Shown here: positions 1 to 28,990 of the stretch, piece after piece
How positions within the stretch are numbered: position 1 is the first letter of the stretch
Layout of the letters: the number at the start of each line of letters is the position of its first letter
Source: Tubiluchus corallicola
Taxonomy: Eukaryota > Animalia > Priapulida
Assembly: GCA_030141605.1 (NCBI GenBank)
Contig: JAQGDQ010000115.1
Span: forward strand, 372,001 to 436,000
Direction of reading: 5' to 3'
Length of the DNA: 64,000 bases
Made by a program: the position numbers and the translations under genes
Notes under the pieces: model-generated
Told to the model about the DNA's origin: nothing
What the model saw: the letters and a program-made list of their open reading frames with translations, nothing else
The model's database searches: none

Positions 1-393
1 ATAGGGCAGTGCTGATTTAAGACTTTCTTGAAACGGAAGACCATCACCCCCTTTCTGTATGGAATATTTTGCATAGTTTTGAAATTCTACTGATTTACAT
101 GTGACTTCTTATAGGTTTTACGCTCAGTGGTTAGCATAATCAAGGTTTTACAAAGTGTTCGTGCTTAAAAGAGTTTTTTAATGAGGAAATTTATGAGAAC
201 TAGCAAGTAGCAATGAAATTCACATGCCTCTGTGTGGCTTCTCTTAGCTTATCTGAATTGGTTATCTGAAATTTGACTGTATTAAACTATATGCTTAGCC
301 CACATAGATCCGTATTTGTATCTACCATTCTGCCATATAAAGATTTTGTATGTACATCTTTCAAATTAACATCATTGCTAATACTTTTACTAG

Positions 394-17019
<16,626 letters not shown>

Positions 17020-18551
17020 AATGCATATTATTAACTGTTTCATGGCTTCTTTGTGGTTGCGTATTGTGCACTGTTAGTTTATTTACTTTCTTCTGCTGTA
17101 ATTGGACTGTGGTCAGTATCACGTGCCTGTTGTACCGCTTGCTGGCTGCAACCAAGCTTTTACATAATGATTTTGTGTAGAAATTTATTATTAGAGTCAG
17201 AAGAAGTGAGAAATGAATGCAATCTGCATCATACACATTGTAATATAGAAACATAACTGCAATTCATCAAAAATGCGTTGCTGTAATATGATAAAAGTTC
17301 TCACTATCATAAATTAAATATATAAATAAAAGAGAACCTTAGAGCGACAGTTCAGGAAAAAACCATGGGAATATTTGTATATTATTTGACTTAGATAATT
17401 ATTATTTAATGTAATCTCAAAGCTGTTATAACTATCGGTAGTGGTAGAAATGGCTTCTTCTTCAAAGGTTCTGAGGCAAAAGCTAGAATGAATTACGACT
17501 AACGTGTAGAATGAGAAATTGTTGGTATAATTACATCCCACCTCTTGTTAAGTAGGTTTTCAGTAGCTAAAAATATTAGCTTAAAAACACATTTTGTTTA
17601 TTATTGTAATTGCATTATAAGTACATTTTGAAAATTGTAAAAAAAATGATATATTGTTTTCTTATCGTCATGCTATTCTTTTGTTTTACAGCACAGTTTT
17701 TGCTTCTAGTTGTATTGCTATTCCATTATGATGTCTTTGTAATAGCTAATATGGAAGATTGAAATTTTCAAATTCTTGCAATTGTATCAAAATTTCGTAT
17801 GCCATGTTACCTTGATTGAAGAATAAATATCAGAAATATGCTTGGCAGTTTCACCATTCCGTTTTACCTTTTTGTTTGAATTTGAACTTAGAGTGTTGTG
17901 TATAACAATGATTGTGTGCGTGTGTACAGTGTAATTGCAATGAGCTTGAATCTTCACGATTTTTGTGATCATTATACTGATAGGTAGGAAAAAAATGCCG
18001 GATTATACAGACTTGTCTTGCATACATTTCATTTAAAGAAGGCTCTGCAGTTGCAAGAGTTGGGAGAGGAAGGCAATTCAATCACAAATCTGCGATTTTA
18101 AAACATCATTTGACATTTGTTTCACTGGTCAAAATGATGTGAAACAAATGCTCTTAGCAGAAAAAGATGAATTCCTTTCCCAAATTAGCTTCGCTGTATT
18201 AACGTTTACCCCGGCAGCTAATATTCAGTGTCTGTTATTTTCATGTTCTTGAGTAACTTGAATAAAGTTATACCTCTCACTGACGCATTAAAATCAAAGT
18301 GGCCTACAACTGGCGAGAAGCTGTCAGAGGCATGAACGTGAAAACATTAAGACAATTGTCAACTGATCTTGTACAATCGTCCATGGTAAATTAAATAAAC
18401 AACCTATTGTGACCTGGGAAGACTTTAGGACAGGTAAAAGGGAGAGAGAAAAAGAATACCACTTTGCGGTATGACAATTCATTTATTTGTAGATCACAAA
18501 ACCAATTGAGCTTCCCAACAACAAGATTAACTTTTTTATTCTGCATAATAT

Positions 18552-21050
18552 TTACCAAAATAAAGAATAAATAGCATACACACACAGCATTAGCAATTTA
18601 TTGTCTCTTACGAGTAACGTGGTTCCCTGTTTCACATCATCTTCATCACAATGTTCAAAGTCTACGATCGTAAGCGGGTTTTTTCCAAATATTCTCGGCG
18701 GTTTAACACAGTCAACCATTGACCACCAAGGTTCCTCCATCACCCATATCATCTCGCAGTCACATATTAAATTGTTGTCTGCGTAAAGAAAGCACAAAAA
18801 TAAGTAAGTATGTTTCTTTCCCTTTCCTCCTCCTCACCTTTCTCTTTGCCTTCAATCTTGCCTCTATTTCTTCTTTCTTTACATTCTAACTCCATCCTTT
18901 CCTACTTAATTGTATAAACTACATGTTTGAAATAATTTTTTTAAGTGATCGGTGAAAATAACATTATGCAGATATGTCTGAAAATGACGTTATGCAGATA
19001 TGTCACTGAGTCGCAGCCTCTGCATGATTTCTCTGGTTTACTCAGAAAAGTGACTTTCTTGATTTCATCAGCTGCAGACTTATTCTTTAGACACTACCAT
19101 CAACAATAGACTGGTGATGACATTTGTAAATCCTTCCTTTTGTAAGGTTTAAAGGATTTCTATTTTGAAACTTCACGACCATTTTTTTACTCGGATGAAA
19201 GTATTTTTGAAAAGGATTTTTAGCCTATGTCCTTAAGGGCTATAGGGCTTTTTCGAAAACATTCACGAATCACTAATCTTACATTTTTAGCTCAGAGTAA
19301 CAAAGCTAAAAGAAAGAGAAGAAATTGAAAACGCCACTCGAAGCCCACGAGAGACCCTAAGCACTAAAAAGGTTTTGGTATCCACATATATAAGTATAAC
19401 GTGATTACCTGTGCAGTGTAGTGTAATTCATATTAAAAATGATACTGAACTGTAAAATGAAATTTCATCTTTTGAAATGGAACAAAAACTTGCAGTAAGA
19501 TTTATTGACAGTAAAAGCTAGGGCATCTGCTTTACGTGGCTTAAAAAAGTAATATTAGATAAAAAATGTAGAGACGACTTTGAATCTTATCAGCTTATCT
19601 GCTGCCACACGTTTCGGTAGGTTTTACTTTTGGGCCCTAAGTAGTAAGTACATGTAGTTAATCCAGAGCAGACGCCACTACAGGTAACTGCATACATCTA
19701 CAGGCCTGCAATGCCCATTGTTAAACAAACTATCCAAATATTAGTGGGTTGATCCAGGTTTATACCCATCGTCTCCATGTAGTACTATTTTTTTTAAAAA
19801 AGAAGTACCCCAAAGTGAACTTTCTGTTCCTCTAAGAGTCTAGGTGGCCTCATTTATCAAAAACTGAATTGATTTCATTTAGCAATTTAACTGATCAATA
19901 AACAGATTTGTTCGTTTAACAAACAATTTATTAAAATTGATGACGAAGCCAGTGGCGGCTTGTAGTTAAAATTAGTGGGGGTGCTGCAAAATTAAATTTT
20001 TTAGCCATTGTTTTAATACTGTGTAAAACGAAACAAACATAATTAATGTAATTTTAATTTTTAAACAAGCAAACTAATTTATACATAAACTCCTAAACAA
20101 AAATTTTGTTTTCTTACGAATAGCCTAAATTGTCGCAGTTCAAGAGTATGCCGATACACGGCTTTTAAACACGTGACAACTGACAAAACGTACTGCGTGA
20201 GCGACAGTACTCTTTCTACCTAAAGGAAGCGTGTTACAACAGATATGTGTGCATGGCCGAATGTGCACAATAGCCAGACACAATGTTGCTTGGGCGTGAA
20301 GCAAATTTTACTACCCTCACACGCTCCGGTTTCGCACAAGTATAAAATATTGAATATTATCGATAATAATGTGTGAAAGGGGGGTGTTGCAATACCACAG
20401 TACCTATACACAAGCCGCCACTGGATGAAGCTCTTTTGGAAAAGCAACTCACTTGCTAATTGTAGTTGTATCTCCTTGGCTTCACTTCTCTTGTTCAAGA
20501 TGGGCCTCTTCATTGTTTTTATGGCTGTCGTGTGTACCACTATTCGAAGCAGATTCGGATTTTTTGAGAAGTCAAAGTCTGCAGTTGTCAGTTTAGGGCA
20601 CCCTCGAATGTTCAATGAAACGAGTTCCTTCATTTGTGTAAATGCCTTGGAATTTATTGTCATCAGTTCAAAGAGGTAGTCTAGATCAATTCGTTTTGCA
20701 TTAACTGCAAATGCGGTCTCACCAATCCTCTGCAGGGCGTGAGATGTCCATATCAGCAGATCTTCCACGTTTTTCCCATCCAAAAATTTATCTGGAAACT
20801 CAGCGAACTCGCAATTGGCAAGGTAAAGACGATTGACATCTTTATCTGGTAATGTTTTTGCAATATTTAATGCATCCTCCTTTGTCAGCGTAGATTTTTT
20901 ATCGCATATAACTTGACATTGACCGGTTTCTGTTGAAACACACTGACATAAGTAACGTATCAGTTTCAAGGCATTACAGTCACACTCTGATTTGCAATTT
21001 GCGACCAGAGACAGGAAAGAAAATCCACATATCAGAAATTTTGCCAGCAT
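18552..21050 (-). CDS. Secreted or GPI-anchored leucine-rich repeat protein, 2 exons, about 274 aa
   Basis: Exon 1 is 21050-20453 (ATG MLAKFLICGFSFLSLVANC signal peptide, Cys-rich N-cap, LRRs such as VNRLYLANCEF and LVSLNIRGCPKL), ending at donor A|GTGAG. Exon 2 is 18778-18552 after acceptor ttctttacgcag. The splice creates LQLANNNLICDCEMIW...DCVKPP...HC, a canonical LRR-CT cap, followed by a hydrophobic C-terminal tail. Total 825 nt, in frame. Confidence 0.85.
19950..20423. mobile_element. Non-autonomous hAT (Tip100-like) MITE in the LRR gene intron
   Basis: Perfect 14-bp TIRs CAGTGGCGGCTTGT...ACAAGCCGCCACTG and 8-bp TSD gacgaagc / gatgaagc (1 mismatch). Confidence 0.9.
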
Positions 21051-21165
21051 TTTACTAACCACTTGGTATCACTTGTTGACAATTGATTGCAATATTGTGC
21101 ATAGGAAGCACTTTTGCTTGTAATGCTGAGTAACAAATGTTCGCTTGTCCAAGAAATTCTGAGAC

Positions 21166-21172
21166 TTTTATA
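21166..21172 (-). promoter_or_regulatory. Candidate TATA box of the LRR gene
   Basis: TATAAAA on the minus strand about 115 bp upstream of the ATG at 21050. Confidence 0.45.
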
Positions 21173-21865
21173 TCCGCCACGCACTAGAATTTTACTTGTG
21201 AGGTTGCACCTAATAGTAACTTAAAAACATCAACATTTAAAACTTTTTGTCATCATAGAAATCCATCTGCTAAAAGTGATATTGTCAAAAATTGTCTTTT
21301 TTGTTAATTTGAAAAGAAAATTAAATGAGTAAATCAAAAATCATTTAACTGTCATTATTCGGCGTTATTTAAGATATACGACCATACAGATCATAGTAGT
21401 TAATGCCATTTGATGATTTCATGTAAACATTGTTTTCATTCTAGACTTCCAGAATTTAGTTCTAGAATTTAGAAGACAATGATGTTTCCATATACTGAAA
21501 TGTTATTTCGAAATATCATAATGAGTTTAATGCATTATTTTCTTTTCCTCAACCATGGTTATTTTCTACTGTTCAGAAAGAATCAAATAATGTACATAAA
21601 AAGGCATGTTTTTTCAGTTATAATGTGATACTGTGATATTTAGCTGCAACAATAAGACTTAATCGTTATTATTATTATTGCTTGGAGGTCATTTGACCTA
21701 ATGGTATTCCTCACTGCCCGTGTTTTTACTTTTACTAAGGTTGCATTTTAGACATCTGAATAGGCGCAATACTTTTTTAAAACATACGCACTGGCTTATT
21801 TTTGAGATAATTTCCTGCACTATAATGCACTCCTTTCTGAAAGTTATGTCTGGTAAGAAAACTGG

Positions 21866-22747
21866 CTAGGTGTTTAAAGGCTTGTGTACATTCAGTATAT
21901 GCCTGGTTAGATTGGTCTTTTGACTAAATCTCCGGCAGCATTGGAGGCACTGAAATGGTTGTTCTCCGGTGTGCTTTCGGATGTGTTTCTCCATGTCGCT
22001 TCTAATCTCTGTGTGGTAAAAACACATTGTGCAAGCCCACTGTTTCTTGGACATTATGCTTCTCATCAGCTGACCGGAGCTATTTTCACCAACACTGGTC
22101 ACTTTGCCACATCTTCGGAATCTTGCTTGTTGCCGAGTGCCATTTTGATGAAAAGAAGACGCATTAGAGCGTTTTTTGTTGCTGAGAGTTAGATTTCTGT
22201 TACGTTGCCCGCTGAAAAAAGCATTTGTCTTACACCGTTGTTTCCAACTCATTGAATTTGGTTCAGTTGCACTATGCGTTAATGTTGGCTGCATAGACAT
22301 GCCCAGTCCTGCTTTAGTTTTGCCTTCAAGTACACGGTTGCAGTCTGCACTAATAAACGTGGCTGGAGCTTCTTCCTCTTGGACTCTCATCTTTGCAGGA
22401 TCATAGCTGTAACATTTCTGATTAGAATCCTGTATAACATCCACATTAACCTGATTTAACAGTTGACTGGTATTGTCAATAATAATATTGTCAAGCATGC
22501 AATCTTCGTTAAGCTGTTCATTTGACTCCATACTCTCGTCTACTTGCACATGGCCATCTGGCTCTTCTTTTATTCTGCTGTGATCACTGATGATAGCATC
22601 AGCATTTTGTCCTATGCACACGAGAATTTTACAATGCCACGTACGTGTGTGAGCAAAAAAAACTTCCTCTGTCATAAAGCACTCTGAGCATGCCGTGCAC
22701 TTGAAGTAAATTTCTTCCATTTCCTCCGTGTCTTGCACAACCTGCAT
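21866..22747 (-). CDS. C2H2 zinc-finger protein (paralogue A), single coding exon
   Basis: 293-aa ORF with an N-terminal CTAC...HTRTWH finger, an IKEE motif, and two C-terminal C2H2 fingers joined by HTGEQPFQC. Splice acceptor at 22802-22803 just upstream. Confidence 0.9.
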   Translation of the reverse strand: MQVVQDTEEMEEIYFKCTACSECFMTEEVFFAHTRTWHCKILVCIGQNADAIISDHSRIKEEPDGHVQVDESMESNEQLNEDCMLDNIIIDNTSQLLNQVNVDVIQDSNQKCYSYDPAKMRVQEEEAPATFISADCNRVLEGKTKAGLGMSMQPTLTHSATEPNSMSWKQRCKTNAFFSGQRNRNLTLSNKKRSNASSFHQNGTRQQARFRRCGKVTSVGENSSGQLMRSIMSKKQWACTMCFYHTEIRSDMEKHIRKHTGEQPFQCLQCCRRFSQKTNLTRHILNVHKPLNT

Positions 22748-24411
22748 AATTTATCACAGTTGATTTCACGTGTCATTGTTTCATAGCATATAATTAACAA
22801 TCTGAATGAGCATAATAAAAATGCCTAATCCTAGATAATCAGCCACATCATTATAACTCAGAATGAAAGCAGCCCCAGCCCCAGGCCACTTAGTACCACA
22901 AAGGGTGTTGATAATCATCTTTCATACTATACATACATTCATAACTGTATTATATAATTACAAAATCACAAACTGCGAGTTGTATGAATATTATTTTGTG
23001 TGAACGATCCTTCAGATATTTAGAAAGGTGAAAATACTTGACAAAGAGAGCCACTATAATTGCTTCCACCTTTTTGCATGTCTTCGCATTGCATTTCTAG
23101 CCGAGTCTTTACTAAATGTTGAGGTTCCTGGACTGGACTGTAGATTATTTATATATTTGTTAAATATGTTGCCCCATTTTCTGATGATTATTAGCATTAT
23201 CATTATTTTTGTCTTTTAAGTTGGTATCAAGTAGTGCTCACAGTAATATTTCAACAAGATAACATTTGTGTAATCCATTAGCAAATATCTGTTCATTTCT
23301 TGTAGCTGCATATGGTATGAGAATTCTATGGAAAATGCAAACATATGATGTTATGTTTTATTGGTGAATCACTCCCTGAAATTTGAAATATAAGCAGATT
23401 AAGCTGTAAACACGTGAATAATTTGTCAAAATTTAATGTACTTTCAAGGTTTCACTATTAAAATAGCTGCTTGCGATGATTATACTGGCATTAATACAGT
23501 ACGTAATTGTATGAATTGTTTGTTACAGTAGAAAACATCAGATAAAAGTAGTAAAATACAGCAACAAAACATTCACTGAACCCAGAATTTTGATCAATTT
23601 TACAGTTATTTATTTGTTTACTTTTTAGTTACTTATTTACAAAGTTGGTTTAAGCCACTGAGATACAGCTAAAAAGAAATATATTGAAGTTCTGTTATTT
23701 GAAAAAAATATATAAATTACATAAAATTATTAAATTAAAAGAAGCATAAAAATATTGATTTCAAATTCCAACACTGTATGAATTGAATTGAATACGTACA
23801 GTTTAAATCCTACAATGAGAAACATATGGTAAACATTTCAGTTGCACATAAAATGAGTTACAAAGTGATATAAGTCACCCGTTAAATGGGTAGAGTAAAA
23901 TTGTTTATAAGCTTCTATCAAATTTTACTAACACAACAATTAATGTTTTGAAATTATAAACAAACTTTTGTGATTTGAAATCATTGAAATACACCAGTTT
24001 AATAGTGACTTGATCTAAGCCTAAAAAATATTTTCTTTGATTTACAAATGCGCAAACCATTCGGCTAACCAGGGCGAGCCTAGTTTTCAAAATTCACAGG
24101 TAGACAGCTGAGAAAACTGATATAATTATATAAATTCAGATATATATTCAATATATTTATTCAGATTCTGAACTGATATATAATAAGAGCAGAAGTGATT
24201 TACTAGGTCACTGCACTTTAAAACAAAAATTAATCTTGCAAACATTGCCAAACAACTTGAAAAATTATAATTTTAGCAGTGAGGTCAGTGCCGTCTAAGC
24301 ATAACACATGAGCCATTCTCTATACATACAAGACCACAGCTAGTGGGTGAAAAAATCCAAAAGATAAAAACAGCGCATCCTAGCTGTCCCGGTCATAAGG
24401 CTCATACTTTG

Positions 24412-25254
24412 CTAGGTATTTGCTGGTTTATGGACAGTCTGCAAGTGTCTGTTTAAGTTGTTTTTCTGGCTAAAAGCTCGACTGCAGTAGTCGCAATGAT
24501 ACGGCTTCTCACCCGTATGCTTACGGATATGTTTCTCCATGTTTGCTTTCAGATCAGTATGATAAAAACACATTGTGCATGCCCACTGCCTTCTACTCAT
24601 GATACTTTTCATTAGCTGACCCTTAGCAGGTTCCACAGTTTTGTTACCACCTTGAACTTGGTTGTTTCTCGTAGTATCCGTAAACTTAGCTTGGTTTACA
24701 CTAGTTAATTTTTGATGTATACTTCGATTTCCTCTCATCAAAATGCGAGGTTTCCTCTGCTGTGTGGCACGTTTCAGAAAACTGCCAGAAGAAGGCAGCA
24801 CAAGTTGCGCGGAATTGTTTACATCTGTCTTCATTGATGATTGGTTACAACTGGTATTGATGCCTGAAAAAGTGGTTGCAATTTCGCCAGAAAACTGTCC
24901 GTAATCAATGTACTGACTAGCTGATGAACGGACTAAAATACCGTTTAGGCTAGAATCATTGTGATCAAGCATATCATTAACACTGCTTTCATTTCCTCTT
25001 GCAAAAACACCATTGTGATCTTGCTTCATCGACTGCTGGCATATTATATCATCTCCCTGACCGATGTCGGGCTCTTCTTTCACTCTCGTGTGATCACTAG
25101 TTATGGTGTCAGCATTTTGTCCCATACACACGAGAATTTTACAATGCCAAGTACGCGTGTGAGCAAAAAAAACTTCTTCCGCCATAAAACACTCAGAACA
25201 TGCTGTGCACTTGAAGTAAATTTCTTCCATTATTGCAACTTGTACAACCTGCAT
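24412..25254 (-). CDS. C2H2 zinc-finger protein (paralogue B), single coding exon
   Basis: 280-aa ORF with the same architecture as 21866-22747 and an HTGEKPYHC linker. Splice acceptor at 25319-25320 upstream. Confidence 0.9.
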   Translation of the reverse strand: MQVVQVAIMEEIYFKCTACSECFMAEEVFFAHTRTWHCKILVCMGQNADTITSDHTRVKEEPDIGQGDDIICQQSMKQDHNGVFARGNESSVNDMLDHNDSSLNGILVRSSASQYIDYGQFSGEIATTFSGINTSCNQSSMKTDVNNSAQLVLPSSGSFLKRATQQRKPRILMRGNRSIHQKLTSVNQAKFTDTTRNNQVQGGNKTVEPAKGQLMKSIMSRRQWACTMCFYHTDLKANMEKHIRKHTGEKPYHCDYCSRAFSQKNNLNRHLQTVHKPANT

Positions 25255-25768
25255 AATTTACATCATAATTGAATTTTCACTAGTCATTGTTCTACAGTAA
25301 ATGGGAAATTGTAAATACCTAGGATAAAAAATATTTCTTTGGCCACCACAAAGTACTTATTTATTCATTCTCTATGTATATTTCTTTATTGATAGTGATA
25401 AGCAAGTTTGAAAGAAGTGTCAAGTACTGGCAATATAGTCCTGTAACAATATGTTTTCTATTGTAGTCAGATAATTTTAGGTGTTTTTACCCATTTATTT
25501 AACAGATATCCATTAGTACAACATGTTAGCCCAGTGCAAGTTAGAGATTTAGCAAAAATCTCATATTTAATCTTACAACACATTTTGTTTCACGTTCTAC
25601 ACCAGTTCTTATGTATCTCATACGTCACTTGTTTGACTTCATCTTGGTTATATAAGCCAGATCTGAAGCCCACATTATGCCAAATATACGTTGATTGTAC
25701 ACTGGAGTGTTTGTTAAATATGGTGATAGTTTCAGGATTTCTCTCATAAATTCTAAACAATGTAAGTC

Positions 25769-26206
25769 ATGATTTTATTTTTAATCCATAAACCAGATGC
25801 CTACAGCGAGATGAATATTGACTTTTTTATACACATGCCCTATTATGTTTCAGTACTTTGGATCGAAGCATTTTAAATTTCTGCAGTGAGGCTATTCCAC
25901 AAGTTGACTTCAGAATAAAAAAAATCTAAAACGATTCCCATCATACATTATAGACATTAAAAAACATAAGATTATAAATATCCTCCTGTAGATTTAGGCT
26001 TAGAAAAGAAAGAAATCCAAGGGTAAAGGTCGACGCATCCTTTTGAGATGACAAAGTTCTCTATTAGAGGACTGTATTTACATCTACATCTAAGACTTAA
26101 AATGCTTCGATCCAAAGTATTGAAGCATAATAATGCATGGGTATAAAAAAACGTCAATATTCATCTCGCTGTAGGCATCAGGTTTATGGATTAAAAATAA
26201 AATCAT
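25769..26206. repeat. Long inverted repeat / foldback element (arms ~108 bp, spacer ~220 bp)
   Basis: 25769-25876 is the reverse complement of 26097-26206, with scattered mismatches. Confidence 0.9.
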
Positions 26207-28154
26207 CAAGCGAACATTTTTGTTTTTACATTGAGCTGGTGTAGTTATACTGGCTGTGCCACATTTTGACTGGTTAGGCTCCTTATTATCTGTTTAAAAC
26301 AAAATAAAATTTTGATGTAACTTATACACTGATCACATAAACTGTTGCCATGTTATCACAAATTTTATGCAAATCATGATCTATCAAAACTCAGTGATTT
26401 GATTCTCTGGCATTTCTTTATTAAACCACTGTAACTGTTTTTCCCGATCATGATCAAAAGTTGGTCAGCATCAAATCATAATGGAAAAACAGAATTAAAA
26501 AGTAACTAAGTTCAGTCAGCTGTGTAGAATTTGTAGTAAGAAATACTGTTAACCGTTTTGAACAATTCTAGAAAGGAAAGAAATAACTTTATTTTAAAAA
26601 GTTTTTGTTTTCAAGTAAATAATTAAGCAATTTCTTATTGACCACTATATTATAATACATGTAATGAAATTTCTTGTAGCTATGAATTAACAAAAGCAAT
26701 TAAGACATAAATAAATTCAATCGGTTACACATACATGCTAGTAAACTATATAGCAGTATCGAAAATATACGAAATTTATCGTAATTTACTGCCTAGCCCT
26801 CGGTGGAAAAAATTGTTAAGATGTTAATTCTTCCAAGATGCTGTCATATTGCCTGATATGGTGTACATAAGGTGCGCTGAGGACAAATTTCCCGTATTTT
26901 AGGGTTCCTCTGTCTGCCAGTGTCTACAATAGACGTAACAAGCATATGACAAAGATGGTGATGAACTGGTCATAAACGTAAATTTTATGTCACTTTGCCT
27001 ATTTTGGTACCCAAACTGCCCACTCCACTTTTTGTCAACAATTATTTCAATTGTAATAAAAACTCAAACAAAAATTACTGTAGGAGTCAATATTCGGCAG
27101 AATTATGGTCGAAATACAAGATTCCTGTCTGAAATACACGAATGATACACGAGACTGTGGTCTGTGTAAATTTAACACTCACTATCAGCACGAATGCAAA
27201 CACAATGCTTTTATTGCTCAGAATTTATAGATAATTTAGCATTTTAGGGTTTTAATGCTACAGTTAATTAATCCACATCAATTATAAGTGTTAGCATGTT
27301 TTAAATTGTTTAACCCTTTGTAAAAAATGAGAGAAGCACCGGAGGTGCATGGTCCACAGATTTGCAGAGTCGCCAGCCTGGGTAAATATTCTGGATTCAC
27401 AGATCTGCTGTGTCCATACAAGTAGTGTTAGGGCTGCAAAGAAAATCTTGTGGATTTGCAGACCAAACGGAGTCGGGTAAAAGCACATTGAACACACTCA
27501 TTGAATTTTCAATGGCAAAAATAAATTTAAGACCTCAATGTTTCGTTTTACTTGAAAATAACTTCAACTGATTAATTTAATATGCTCCAAAAATTTCAGC
27601 TACCTGCCACCATAAGAAAAAATTTGAATACAGTACTATTTGCCTGTTTTTGCGTGTTACATGTACCCCTCCTTTTTTGTGCATATTTTATTTGATTCCT
27701 GTTAAAACGATGTTCAACTGGCAATCATAAGATGGAAACAATTATTTACTGAATCCTCTTAGTGGTTCTTACCAAAAATAAAAACAACTGAAGTTTAATT
27801 ACTACTTTTTCCTGATGTTAAGATCCTTACATAATGCAAAAAGGTGAAACAACACTTAGTTTGCAATGATACGCATGAAGAAAGGCCTAAATTTACATGT
27901 CTGTCCATTACTAAAAAAATTGTGTATATTTACGAACCTTGACATATTGGCTCATGTATAATAGCAGTTCAATTTTTAATAACTAACTTTTTCAGTACTA
28001 TGTTAATTTAATTTAAAAAATGAAGCTAAAGGTTTGACAACACAATAATCTGGTTTATTTTTACTTGAAAATATCAAAAAAATGTTACAGATTATGTATT
28101 ATGACAAAAAATTCACCTAGTTAATATTACTAAATTTGCTTGAAATAGGTATTT

Positions 28155-28166
28155 CACACACACACG

Positions 28167-28232
<66 letters not shown>
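28155..28232. repeat. (CA)n microsatellite
   Basis: About 39 CA/CG dinucleotides in a row. Confidence 0.97.
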
Positions 28233-28238
<6 letters not shown>

Positions 28239-28532
28239 ATTTGTATTTCTGCTTCACTGTAACACTTCTACAGCTAGTAACCTATTAACTGATGTTTGAA
28301 AAGTAAACTATACTACACTTTTGTTAATATTTAAGCTGTTACAAAAGCATTTTAACAGTTTGAAAGACAGATTGTCTTCTTTATGTAATTGAAAAATACT
28401 TGGTTTTCTTAATATTGTCGTAATTTTGAAACCTTTCATCTAATTTATAAACCAAATGTAGTTTTAGGAAGTACAGAACAAGAGCTTTCATTTGCTATAT
28501 TATACAAACACGTACGTAAAACTTTTTTTCAC

Positions 28533-28990
28533 CATCACAGGGGACTTTTGGAGGCGTTCACTGTGCTTTTACCCAGTCGGATCCAAGATATTTCTTCCCT
28601 ATAGTAATGTTTGCACATCTTGTTTTAAAGATAGGAATATCAAATTTTGTGAAAACCCTTTCCAGTGGTATTTTCCAGTGGTATGTGTGGGCTAAAAATA
28701 CGTATAAGTGGGCACTCAGCACTCGGCTTTATGCCCAACAAACTCTCACGTTGTCACAAACGATCTAAGTAGATTAAATCGGCGTCTCAGCTTTAGAAAT
28801 TGTTTTTTTTTCGGCAGAACCCGCCGAGTCACTCTTTGCGGACCTAAATTGAGTTTGCGCGTTTCTGTGCAGCACACAAACAATCGTTTACTTACCTAAA
28901 CTTCTCAAAACAATAGTTTTAAACACCTGTTAGGATCTTCTCATTAAACTTGCAGTTATTTCTCTTTTTAGTTAAAAAATGTTATTGAAC
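28533..28990 (-). other. Candidate non-coding 5' UTR exons of the zinc-finger locus
   Basis: Minus-strand donor AG|GTAAG at 28895, acceptor tatttttag at 28692 and donor G|GTGAA at ~28532. They lie upstream of and in the same orientation as both ZF ORFs, each of which starts just after an acceptor. Confidence 0.4.

Noticed and set aside
19042-19092. Extra LRR-gene mini-exon (SAADEIKKVTFL)
   Set aside because: Weak acceptor and a phase incompatible with exon 1. The direct splice already gives a canonical LRR-CT.
20220-21062. LRR gene as a single-exon 280-aa ORF or as a transposon-disrupted pseudogene
   Set aside because: A GTGAG donor at 20452 precedes the MITE and splices in frame to the LRR-CT exon at 18778, so the MITE is intronic.
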